Made by a program: the position numbers and the translations under genes
DNA from: Chrysomallon squamiferum
Lineage: Eukaryota > Animalia > Mollusca
Assembly: GCA_012295275.1 (NCBI GenBank)
Contig: CM022666.1
Location: 12,710,001-12,774,000 of the forward strand
Length of the DNA stretch: 64,000 nt
Reading direction: 5' to 3'
In this document: positions 27,261 through 44,771 of the stretch, piece by piece
How the letters are laid out: each line of letters starts with the position of its first letter
How positions within the stretch are numbered: the stretch's first letter is position 1
The notes under the pieces: model-generated
Databases searched by the model: none
Seen by the model: the letters and a program-made list of their open reading frames with translations, nothing else
What the model was told of the DNA's origin: nothing

Positions 27261-27365
27261 TGACGCAAAATGTAAAAATTTCCATAGGGGAATCCCCTAC
27301 GGAAAGACCTACCTCTGAAATAACTTCCTAAAAACGAATCCACGTAATTTCCATAACGTGACTGA
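27261..27365. promoter_or_regulatory. Putative immune enhancer: NF-kB site GGGGAATCCCC (27287-27297), TGACGCAA bZIP-type site, AATTTCC half-sites
   Basis: Perfect match to the GGGRNNYYCC consensus in very AT-rich DNA, about 1.7 kb upstream of the TNF ATG. Motif match only. Confidence 0.55.
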
Positions 27366-27689
27366 TAATCGATTACATCGTTGTTGTCATGGAAGACACT
27401 AATACAATTGGCTTGTTTGGAATTAAAATGCTTTAAAGAAAATAAATAAAATGAAATAAAATGATATAAAATGATAAAAAAAATAAAGATGTAAAGAAAA
27501 TAAATAAAATGAAATAAAAAAATAAAAAAAAAATAAAATGAAAATAAATAAATTAATAAATAACACTAAATAAAACACTTTCGCTTTATTAAAATATTTA
27601 TAACAATCATTTATATTGTTCTTGTTGTTATTATTGTTGTTGTTATTGTCATCGCTGTCGTTGTTGTTTCATACTTGTTTCTTTCTTCC

Positions 27690-28565
27690 AAAGCTTTAAA
27701 AGGGGAAGAAAGATCACTAAACTTATATTGAAATTCTCATTTGCACATTCCAGTTATTATTATTATTGTTGTTGTTTTAATAATAATAATATTATCATTA
27801 TTATTATTTTTATATTAATATTATTATTATTATTATGATTATTATTATTATTATTATTATTATTATTTTTATACAGCCTGCATGCATCATAAGAGATTTT
27901 TATTTTCTTGTCATACTTTATCATTGAGAAAGATCCTTTGCCAGTATCACATATAATGACACTGCTTTAATGATGCAGTGCTTTTACTGTGTTTAGACAA
28001 TTTTATTAAATGTTATTATCATCTATGAACGAGATGAACTGTTGTTTTTTTCTTAGATAATATGCACATGCTATCAAAGGAAACACTATTAAAGAAACAC
28101 TTCAAGATGGAAACAATTGGTGTTTAAGTTGTCATGTTCAATATATAGAAGTAAAACAGTTTCTACTTATAGTTCGACATCTCATTCCAGTTTCTTCCTT
28201 TGTTATTTTTCTCTGGGGGGGTTTTCAGAAGATTTTTGTTTTTCTTAGTTATCATTCTGCATAAATGTTCTCATATGATGAAATATAATGTTGAAATAAT
28301 TATATTAGGTATTTGACAAAAGCATTTATAGTTTTCATTTTCTTTGTTTTGTGGTTGTTATTTTGTAAAGAGTTGTTGTTCTTATTAATAACATTATTAT
28401 TATTTAATTTCGTTTTCTTTTCATTTTTAAGTTGGTTATAGTAATGAAATTTGGTAGATTTGTTGTTTATTTCTTTAAAGTAAATAAATAAAATAATAAT
28501 GTTTGTTTGTTTAATCTAGTTTTAATAATTTTAAATGTTGTTTATTCATTGGTCATCAAATACTA
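27690..28565 (+). repeat. Third local copy of about 26280-27095, inserted between the kB block and the TNF proximal promoter
   Basis: AAAGCTTTAAAAGGGGAAGAAAGATCAC… through …ATCAAATACTAA repeated. Confidence 0.8.
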
Positions 28566-28566
28566 A

Positions 28567-28950
28567 CACGTATACAAACCAACTCGCACCGAGGCTTCGC
28601 CAGAGAGAGCGCGGACCTGTAGCAGGCGTGTTTCGTAACAGCACCTTAATTTTTTGTTATTATTGTTGTTGTTATTGTCATCGCCGTCGTTGTTGTTTCA
28701 TACTTGTTTCTTTCTTCCAAACAGAGGATACACCAGTTTTACTAAGTAATGTGTAAGAAATCAACGTAGTAACTGAAACTGAAAAAAATGTACGTGCTGA
28801 TCAGGTCTACAAGGACGGATTATGTGACATGATCGTGTGCTTGGTAAGTCTAGCTGTGATTGGTCCTCGTACACGTAACTCCCACCGAGGCGTTATCAGA
28901 GAGAGCGCGGACCTGTAGCAGGCGTGTTTCGTGACAGCACCTTAATTTTT
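28567..28950 (+). promoter_or_regulatory. TNF copy 1 proximal upstream region: duplicated ~85-bp GC-rich motif and IRF-E-like GAAACTGAAA (about 28775-28784)
   Basis: Motif CACCGAGGCG…AGAGAGAGCGCGGACCTGTAGCAGGCGTGTTTCGT occurs twice; GAAANNGAAA consensus present. Confidence 0.45.
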
Positions 28951-29010
28951 AAATTATTTTTTTTTATCACTTACAGACTTATAAGCCGAAATTTAAAAAA
29001 AACAAGAAAA

Positions 29011-29922
29011 ATGGAGCTAAAAATAATGAGAACTGTAGTTTGTTCCCTGTTGTTTCTCAACATACTTCTAGCGACTGTTTCGATTGCTTTGAAGGTTGTT
29101 ATGTATCAAAACCGCGGATCACAGACACAGACAGAGCCTATATTGTGCGAAGAGAAGGTGAGTGCAGAAAACAAACTATTAAACGTTGTGTTAGTAACGG
29201 GGGCCTGAACAAGGTATTCGTTTTTAAATTTTATATTTCAATTAAGTGTAACTTTCTCAAGGTATAAAAGCGTTAGTTTGTGTCGTGACAGGAGGATTAA
29301 TTTTTTGTTTTCTTTTGTAGGAAGGGTTACCTGCAAACGAAGAAAAATCAAACAGTAAATATTGCACTGGAAAGAGCGACTTCAAGGAGGTATTCCTCGT
29401 ACGTTTTTTTCTTTTGTTTTTTCTTAAGTAGAGATACCTACATTACAGTTACTAATGTTCCTAATAAACAGATAAAATTACTATTTATAATAACAAGGTT
29501 TGTTATCATCACAAAAACAAGTAATTAATAAACATCAGAATTGTAATAATTAGACTAAAAACTGCATGCAACAACTACGCGTTTATTAAATTTTGTCCCG
29601 AATTGTGTCGCGTAGCATTATTGATGTGAAGCGTCACGTGACTCGTTTAGTGTCCTATGTTACTATTTCTCCGCCATAATGCTTACTTCCTACAGAATAA
29701 AGGTCTTTGTTTTGATGGTTTTGTGCATCAATATCTTTGGAAGAATTTTGTCTGTTGTTTTATTTATTTTACTGTCGACAAAACAACAAACGCCTGTAAA
29801 CTATAATTGCGTATTATGTCAGGAAACTACTGCAGTGTTTTTACAAAAAGGAAGGAAATTAATCAAACAACTAAATGTATTGGAAAGTGCGATTTCAAGA
29901 AGTTTTTTTTATTTATAAATTG

Positions 29923-29961
<39 letters not shown>

Positions 29962-32787
29962 CATTATTTCCTGTAAAAATAATAAAATCTAAAAATAAAA
30001 TAATATTAAATTACAAATAACATTAGAAAATAATAATAATTTAAATATGTACTAAGCAATAGCTTTAGGCTTGGGCGTTTCGTTAGAAATATTAATATAA
30101 CATTTTATTTTGGTATGATTTATTTTGTACAGCAATGTGTAAAAAGGTCTACATACAAACATTAAAATACCACGAGAGCGCGAGAAAGTGAAAAACACTA
30201 TTTCCATTGTTGTCCTGTAAACATACTGGAATAGCGAATGAAAGGCAATTTGTGATAGTAAACTACCGTGCACGTTAATGATGATTTTGAATTGCCAAAC
30301 AAATTTTAAGACCATTTTTTTTAAAACTCTGTTAATTTTTTTGTTGAAACTGGATGCATCAGCCGAACATGAATACAAACACTGAAACACAATCACCAGT
30401 GTAAATAACGTTCAAGTTTATATTTATTTTTAAATTAAAAAACAGTACCGATTATTACAATATATAAATAAATAAAATAGTTTAGTTTTATTCCTCAACA
30501 TAATTTAGCATTTGAAAAAATCATATGCCTATACCATTGCGAGATACAGTGTCGTAGATGATTTTAAACGGTAACTGTAAGGTTACAAATATTGCACAGA
30601 ATATAGACTCGGATAATCCCTGCAAAATATATTGTCACATTTTTCTAATTTTCATTTGTACTGTTTCCTTCCAAGGCTTCTCTGCACCTGTTACTAAATG
30701 TTTTAAACATGTTTTTTTTCATATTAACAATTAAATGTTAACATTCCTTTGAAATTTATAGATTTTATTAAAAGAGAAACCTTCTTTTCTTATTTATACA
30801 TTTTTATTAAATGTTTAAGACTTAGTTACTAAATGTTAGTTCTTTTTAATTTTACTTTTTTTTTTAATTAAATGTCTACCTTTTTAAAGTTCTTTTATTA
30901 AGTTGTTTTTAAATGTTAACATTTTTTTTTTTTAAAATTTTTATTAAATATCTACCTTCCTTCCTTCTTTGTATCTTGTTATTAAATCTTTTATCTTTCT
31001 TCCTTCTTTATACCCAGTTATTAAATATTTTCTTTCCTTCCTTCTTTAGATGTTTTTATGTTTGTTCTTTTCTTCTTGACATCCTTACTGTCACAAGTTA
31101 ACCTTAATTTCAGTATAGATATTACAGATAGTGTCCTATTTTTGAAAATCATAAACATTTTTAATAAGGAGTGAGTTAAATAAAATAAAAAAAAGAGAAA
31201 CATATCTCTTAAATATATATATGCTAAAAAGACCACACACAAACGTTTCTCACTTGCGATTTCCTTGGACAGTTAAATACATTTTTCTGATTTTCATTTG
31301 TACTGATTCCTTACAGTATTCTTTGAATCTTGTTACTAAATATTTATGCATTATTTTGTCTTTATACTTTGTTATTAAATGTTTGCTTACTTTTCTTTTT
31401 TATATTTTTTTATTAAATGTTTACATTCCTTTCTTCTTTATACATTTTTATATTAAATGTTTAATACTTTGTTACTAAATGTTTCCTTCTTTTTTATTTA
31501 TACTTTTTTTATTAAATGTCTACCTTGTTAAGTTCTTTTCTTCTTTATACTTGTTTTTATTAAATGTCTAACTTCGTTCCTTCTTTATATCTTGTTATTA
31601 AATATTTTATCTTTCTTTCCTCTCTATATTCTGTTATAAAATGTTCACATTCCCAACGTCTTTATACCTTGTTTAGTTGTATTAAATGTTTATCTTCCTT
31701 TCGTCTTTAGATGTTTTTTTTTTTGTTTTTTTTGTCTTGACATCCTTACTGTCACAAGTTAACCTTTCTTCAGTCTCCTGTGTGTAGATGTTACAGATAG
31801 TGTCCACATTTTGAAAATCATCCAAAATTTGAATAAGGAGTGAGTGAAATAAAAAATTAAAAAAGAGAAACATATCTACATATACAGTCACTAATAAAAC
31901 ACACATACACACTTTTCTGATGCCATTTCCTTTGACAATTAAATACAAACCAAACATCCACCACCACTTTAGAAAATGTGTCTTAGAAACTATTATTATA
32001 TTCATTATTCTTCAATCATTTTAACTTTTCAGATTTATAAAAGAACTTTAAGTGGAATAAAAACTTCATCTATTAAACCATTGAGGAGTAAAAGATCAAT
32101 TAGTAAGAAGTTTATATTCTTGTAATGTAAAGCTAATTGTTATGTTTCACCCATTTCTAACAATAATTGAAAACATATTTTCTTCATGGGATAGCTAACC
32201 TTATTGCATTTTATTATTATTTATGAGCTTAATGATTCGTTTGATGATATTAACAGTTAATCTATTTTGTATATCTCATTTTTTATTTTTTGTTTATTTA
32301 TTTTTTTTTTTTAAATTTCCTAACACTGAAGTACATTAATGAATTCTGGTGTATATATCATTAGGCATAGACAGTATATATTATTTGACATATTTAAAAT
32401 CATTAGGCATATGTAACATACATCACTGTGACACACAAACACACACTGGAATGAAATAAAAAAGTAATGCAGTAAACTACTATTACTACTACTATCTCTA
32501 CTAATGCTGCTCCTACTAGTACTAGTACTAGTAATCACTACTAATACTAATAAGAGAAAGAAGAATCAAAGTACAAACAGTAGTTAAAATATTAAAGTCA
32601 TTGTTTATTTATGTTTTAGCTCTTCATCAGTTGAGTCTGTTTAAACCAATGGTTCATCTACAAGGACTGGAAGATACAGATTACAGTAGGTGTTTTTTTG
32701 TTATTCTTCTTTTTTTTCTTTTTTCTGAACCCTTCAATCTCAGATCACTTGTATCTTTATTTGTATGTACAAATGTGTTTATATGTA

Positions 32788-32834
<47 letters not shown>

Positions 32835-33119
32835 TTGTGAGACACTCTATAGTATGGGATATTAATAACTTTGCACCAGTGTGAATGCCATATTGGCAGT
32901 GTAGTGTGTGTGTGTGTGTGTGTGTGTGTGTTGTGTTTGTGTGTGTGTGTGTTTGTTTTTGTTTGTTTGTTTGTTTGTGTGTGTGTGTTGTGAGACACCT
33001 GTATATTATGGGATATTAATAACTTTGCACCAGTGTGAATGCCATATTGGCAGTGTAGTGTGTGTGTGTGTGTGTGTGATTTAGTTTATATTGTGTGTGT
33101 GTTAGTTATTATGGGGTTA

Positions 33120-33152
<33 letters not shown>

Positions 33153-33155
33153 TTA

Positions 33156-33201
<46 letters not shown>

Positions 33202-33298
33202 ACTATATATTATGGGTATTAATAATACCAGTTTTAGGTGCCATATTGTGTGTGTTGTGTTTGTGTGTGTTATGTTATACTGTGTCTGTGTCTGTGTG

Positions 33299-33330
<32 letters not shown>

Positions 33331-33890
33331 TACTATATATTATGGGGTATTAATAACTTTGCACCAGTTTTAGGTGCCATATTGGCAGTGTAATTTTCTG
33401 GACTAAGTGGTTGTTTATTCTGTTAAGCTGATTTACAATTGTATACAACAGTATGTATATTTGTATGTATTTATGAATGACTGTTCTCTGTCTTGTGTAC
33501 ATGTGACTCGCACACTTAGACAATAGTGAGAAAAGCACTGGTAGAGGATGACAAAGTCCTGTCATACCTCACAAAGCACCAGTGATGAGTCTTAAATATA
33601 TGACACCCATTCACCTGCACTCTGGAGGTGACATGTACATATGTTTGTGTTTCTGTGTGTATGTTTATGGTTACGTTTATGTACATGTATGTATGTGTAT
33701 TGTTGTTGTTTTTGACATTATTATCATTATTACTATTATCATCATTATGACTTTATTGTTATTGTTATTATTATTGATACTGTGTTATTATCTTCTTATT
33801 ATTGTTATCATTATCATTATTATTAGTATGGTTATTATTATTACTATGGTTATCATTATTACTATTATCATAATCATTATCATTATCATC

Positions 33891-33989
<99 letters not shown>

Positions 33990-34421
33990 GCAAATGACAC
34001 ATCAGTTCGGATGATTCGAAACTGGAACAGTGAAGACCAGTTGAAACGCAGTATTGTTCGGAACTGGATGAAGCACGAAAATGGTAAAATAACCATACCA
34101 ACACACGGAATGTATCGAGTCTACAGCCAGATGGTCTTTGACTGGCAAAAACTGAAAGACAACCATTACAACGAGAGCCAAATCTGGAAACATCAGGTGA
34201 TGAGATACAGGGCAACAACGGCTGAAGACGAGGTGTTGCTTAGCAACGAATTCACTGAGTGTGATACTGAGTTCTACAGAAAGTATGATGAATACCCAAG
34301 TTATCTGAGCGGAACATTCACTCTAAATGCTGGTGACTTGGTGTACGTGAAAACCTCTCATTTTCATCACATAATGGTTGATCCAACGCGCCATTTTTTA
34401 GGTGTAAATGTGGCTTGGTAA
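29011..34421 (+). CDS. TNF-superfamily ligand (TRAIL/TNFSF10-like), copy 1, intact 260 aa; exons 29011-29157, 29321-29389, 32033-32102, 32620-32685, 33991-34421
   Basis: All introns are GT-AG with matching phases (147+69+70+66+431=783 nt). N-terminal hydrophobic anchor (VVCSLLFLNILLATVSIAL), RSKR furin site, and TNF homology domain strands KPMVHLQG, NW, GKITIPTHGMYRVYSQMVF, SYLSGTFTLNAGDLVYV, HFLG. Confidence 0.93.
29679..29901 (+). pseudogene. Alternative first exon (1b: TM plus stalk) of TNF copy 1, frameshifted
   Basis: MLTSYRIKVFVLMVLCINIFGRILSVVLFILL…VLCQE. It has 1-nt deletions relative to 49024-49248, giving 223 nt and the wrong phase. Preceded by GTCACGTGAC (29633-29642) and CCGCCAT. 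Confidence 0.65.
32790..33390 (+). repeat. Compound intronic minisatellite: ~60-bp core ATGGGATATTAATAACTTTGCACCAGT…GCCATATTGGCAGTGTA separated by (TG)n
   Basis: About 4 cores here, about 2 at 51270-51550, about 5 (inverted) at 57910-58535. Confidence 0.85.
33700..33988. repeat. (TAT/CAT)n low-complexity tract ending at the last-exon acceptor
   Basis: Direct reading; also 51870-52060 and 57297-57610. Confidence 0.9.
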
Positions 34422-34878
34422 ATAGTACTTTGAAAACAGGACTTAATAGACTTTCTAATAATAATATAATCTACAAAGACATCCTTACAATATATACTTA
34501 TATACTTATATATGTGGAAACAGATACAAGATCACAAGGGAGAGTCTTTGGTCTTGTTGTGATAAGAGTTTGGTAGAAAACAAAAACATTTGAATCTTTT
34601 TTTTAACATGATTATCCTGATTCTCCCTTGACTGATCTTGTATTAAAATCTGTTTCCAAACAAAACTTAGATAATGAAATCGTTTATTTTTTATTTGTAA
34701 TTTTGTTTTCACCAAACGAAATAAAATTATAAAAAAAAATTGTTGTTTGTAATCTATTATATTTAGATCCACATGATGAATTATGATGGTAAACCGTTTT
34801 GATCTCAAGCAGTAGGGCCCTTAACCATTCCCTAACAGGCCGTGGAAAGTTTTAACAGGATATTTAGATGTACTGTTT

Positions 34879-35156
34879 GGTGCTACTTTGGCGTGTCATT
34901 TACAACTTAAATGGCGACGATATAGGAAATGTCAGTTTATAAGGTCGTATATTCCTTTAAATTAGACAGGAAATGTTAGTTTATAGGAAACTTATTCACC
35001 TTTTAAGCTCAATTCAACGATAAATTATAAATATATAATAAAAAAAATAAAAAAATAAAAAAAAACAAGAATAAAAAAATAATAATTAAAAAAAGCGCAT
35101 AGAATTTTCTCAGTGTAGACCACAGAATCACGTAGATCACACGCCAAAGTAGCACC
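34879..35156. mobile_element. MITE with 18-bp TIRs (GGTGCTACTTTGGCGTGT) and 8-bp TSD; Merlin- or MULE-like
   Basis: Perfect inverted repeats at 34879-34896 and 35139-35156. Flanks are TACTGTTT / TACTCTTT here and an exact TACTGTTT pair in the 52964-53237 copy. Confidence 0.85.
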
Positions 35157-35499
35157 TACTCTTTTCTCTGTTTAGAAAATTGGTCCTAATTTCCTTATTA
35201 AACCTCTGGTTGCAATTTAGGTGAAACCTCCTTGTAGAATTCGTTACTAGCTATTTTTTTACTTATTATAATGTCTTATACTGTTGTGCTATTAAAGTAC
35301 AGTTTTTGAAAATGTAACATTGATTATTTACCTATATAGCTTACTTTAATACAGTCTAACATCTCGTGATTAACCTGTATGTATCATTAAAGTAAGTAAA
35401 TATGTACCGTTAGTTAGCAGTAATCAAATTAATGAAATCGCTTTGCAATTAACAATCATTAGCGAGAGACAAAAGTAATTTTTATCGGCTAGGCTGTGC

Positions 35500-41013
<5,514 letters not shown>

Positions 41014-41084
41014 TCCTCCTCCTTAAACTCTTTCCCTGTATTATTAAATATTAATTGCCTCATTGTTATTTATTTACTTTTTAG

Positions 41085-42870
41085 ATATATGTTTGAAAGA
41101 TGGTTTAGGAATAGCTAATTTTTTATATAATCTCATCAAAACATTCTGTAAATGGCATCTTCCCATCACGTTTTTCCACTTCTCTTAGGAGGATCTGCTG
41201 TACTCACGAGGCTGTATACAAGAAAACCTAATGGACTTTCTCGCAGAGCTGTTCTCGTTTGAAATGATAAAACTGTCAGAGTCAGGACAGCTTCTGAATG
41301 ATCAGGAAGCAGAAAGTAAGTTATGGTTCAGACTTTGAGTAAAAGAAAGACCACAATTGTATTATATCTTTTATTATACAAATTAATGAAAAATGTATTG
41401 GAAAAATTGGGAATTATAATATTCAATTTTAGTGTCTATATTGAGAGATGCCTTTGCCTATGTAAATACGTTTTTATTATTTAAAGTAGATGATTTCAGA
41501 TTTTGAAAGATCTTTATATAATGGTCAGTATTTCAGAAGGCTACTAATAAAGAAAGTTAATATTAAAGGAATATTTAAATGAGTGCATCTCAGTTAAATT
41601 TTATGAAGATTGATTTCTTCAGAAAGCTTACATTGCAGGGTTTATTATTCTTTTTGTTAATTTTAATTCAGCATCTCGCTGTGGTTATGGGAGGTCAAGT
41701 GTAAGAAAACACTAAGTACCCATTAGCAATGCAACAAAATGTAGCTTTCACAAAACTGAGTCGAGATTCACCAGTACTAGAGAACTATACAAAAGAAAGT
41801 TTACTTCATAAGTATTTACTCAATTCCTTTTGTTAAGTTTATAGTGATGGATAGAATGGCTCAGTGGTTAGAGTGCATAGCCAAGGTTGTTGGGTTCTAG
41901 GATGACACCTGCATGGAGGATGAATAAAGTTATTTACCAATCTAGCCGCTGATCCATTCCTGATATATCTAAGATCATGTCTATGTGGAAAGATGTATCT
42001 TAAAAGCAGATTTTTAGTTGATTTAAAAAGGGTGTCACTTCATATTACAGAAACATGTTTTCCATTTCATTAGCTGTATTGTTACTTACCTTTTAAGATA
42101 CAAAAGACAAGTGAGAATCATGTGGTGTATGTTCTTAAATAAAATATTTCTTTTTTATTTTAGATTTCAATTCAATTATCTGATTTTTTACTTTTTCAGG
42201 CAGATACCTCAAAATAGACATTTGTCAGTACCTTAACATCAGAATGGCACAACCACAGACACCAGAACAGACAGAAGTTTCGAAAAAAAAAAAAAAATGG
42301 TATAAAAAGAGACACACATTAACTTTTCTGTTTAAATATCAACTTACATTCTTCTTAGATTTGTTTTGGCAATGTATTCTCAGTACAAAGTAAGAAAAGC
42401 AGATTAAATCAAGAATAGTCTGTAATAATAAGTAAAGTAAGTGCAGTATAGAAACAGCCAGACAATTTACTATACTTCCACATTTCCATACTTCCATTAG
42501 GATTGTTTTATTTCTCTTTAGCTTATATTTGTCTTGTGGGTAACCAGAACCATTTCTTGTTTTGTTCTGAATTTGCAAAAATACAGTTTACTTTATTTTG
42601 TTTGGATTTGAAAGTTTAAAAGATGATTTTAGGTGATTAGTGGTGTGTTATTTGAATTTCTTGTAAACAATTGTTTAATTGGAAATTGTCAGTTAAGAAA
42701 TTGTCAATGCGTACCATACAATTACAGGCCTGTGATTTGAATTTTTCTTAGAAGAATTATTACACGTTTTCAATATATCAGGTGTCTTCTGGGAGTATTA
42801 TTTGTATTTCCTATTAAACAATAATTATTTCTATTACTGATATAGCACATGAGCACTAGCAAATAATTTG

Positions 42871-42964
<94 letters not shown>

Positions 42965-44548
42965 ATCTCATCAAGGAATCTATACTAATCTGGCAGGACC
43001 TGCAGCATCTGTAAAGGTTGTTGCTGTTATAATAATAGCAGTAGTAGTATTAGTCACTGCCATTGTTCTAGTAGTGTAGTTGTTATAGCATTAGTGTTTG
43101 TACTATTAATGATAATAATACTTCTAATAGGTGAATGATCTTGTGATATTATAACTTATGACGCTCTCTAGCTTTGTAATAGTTATGTATCTTGTGTGAT
43201 TCATAATCAGAGACAACAAACCAGCTGTAGAACCGTGTGCTTATTAGTAATGGCCCAGCAGCAGTGACATCTCAAACTGAAGTTGTCCATCGTCCAGCTG
43301 GCAGTCCGTACCCACAGGCAATGACAAACAGTCAGAAAGTTTACCATCGATGGATTCTTCCCTTGAAAAACTGAACCACAGCCTGACCGAGCTGCAGGGA
43401 GAGATTTCATGACTATCATTACAGCAGAAAGAGATACTCAGCATGCAGTCACCACAGGGAACCCCGCCATATTTGTACCTTCTCCCAAACAGCAGTCACC
43501 TCTGGCCGGTCACCCTGTCCACCATCAAATAGCACTGCCCTCTGGTGGACACGTTGGTCACATAGAATCTTGAAACCCAGCAGCAGAACTGGCACAACAA
43601 CAAACTCAACACTTCTCACCAAAAGTACCCACCAGTGTCATCAGCAGACACACTCCACCAGTAGTTCAGACTCTGAGCTACTCCGATGCCTTCAAAACGC
43701 AATCTGCTGCAGTGATCACCAGAGCTAGAGATATGTTGCAAGAAGCAACAACAGTAACCCACTGCAGCTCAGATAGATGCATCTTCTGAAAATGGAAAGA
43801 ATGGTGAAAGTTTTCACACTAGCAGTGGAGGAATCAAAGGATTCTTTGTGCCATTTGGTGATGAATGAAGCATGCCAAAATGTTTAAAACCAGTGCTCAG
43901 CAAAGACAGAGGGAAAAAGAACAGTACATCTGCTCAAGTCAACAATTACTCTGTTTCTTCAACATCAATCAGATTGTCAGTCCACTGCTGTTCATCTCTG
44001 TAGGGACCCCTACTATCACTGTGTACAAGTCTTGAAAGGCTGATGACAGTGAATCTCAATACTTCAGGAATAGGATATGTTTCAGATGATTCTCCCTTTT
44101 ATAAGCAACATATCTTTGCATCCTCTCTGCACTGAAACATTTATACAGATAGGATTAGAAATATGCTTACAGTTACATGCAAAGTTCACTACACAAAAAT
44201 ACATACAAAATATGTATGTTAATGTAGAAATTAAACAAGATATCCAAATCTAGATGGATGTTAACAGATTGATACACAGATAGACAGACACAACTTAAAT
44301 TATTCATTCTTATAGTGGTTTTTGTTTTACAGTATTTATACCACTATAAAAGTTGATATAAATAGAATGAAACAAACAATTATACTTTCGCTCAAGCTGC
44401 AACTGTGCAAACATTTTATAAACTCTCCTATAAAAGTACTCCACACTGAGAATTTAACTTCCTTTCTAGTAGTGAGTTGGAAATTTTGTTTCTCTGTTCT
44501 TGTTATAATTTATAATGGTTTTCCTTTCAGATGAGGGGCAGTTATTTT

Positions 44549-44583
<35 letters not shown>

Positions 44584-44771
44584 TTAGGTTTTAATTTTTT
44601 TTAAAGGTTACTCTTACAACATTATGTTTATAAATATTTCAGACCAGTGAACAGGAAATGATGTCAACGAAAGACAGACTGATGGAAAGACAGATGAAGA
44701 GAAAAGAAGAAGAGGAAAGACGAAGACTGGAAAAATAATAGAATTAATGGAACAGAGAAAAAGAGAGAGAG
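41085..44771 (+). pseudogene. CAMSAP: CAMSAP/Patronin pseudogene fragment, copy B (exons 41085-41315, 41672-41811, ~42200-42299, ~43211-44060, 44643-44771)
   Basis: Same exons as copy A, sharing the TAG, TAA and TGA stops. The last exon reads TSEQEMMSTKDRLMERQMKRKEEEERRRLEK (coiled coil 3) and has a GT donor. Confidence 0.85.

Noticed and set aside
32601-33373. Cys/Val- and His/Thr-rich ORFs
   Set aside because: Translations of (TG)n/(CA)n; only 32620-32685 is exon
32790-33390. Repeat-spacer pattern resembling a CRISPR array
   Set aside because: Eukaryotic intron, spacers are (TG)n, no cas genes
33582-33990. N-terminal half of the 279-aa ORF taken as the TNF transmembrane region
   Set aside because: It is intronic low-complexity DNA; the real TM exons lie at 29011 and 29679
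34422-34880. TNF-type AU-rich element cluster in the 3' UTR
   Set aside because: Only scattered ATTTA, as expected at this AT content; no overlapping nonamers
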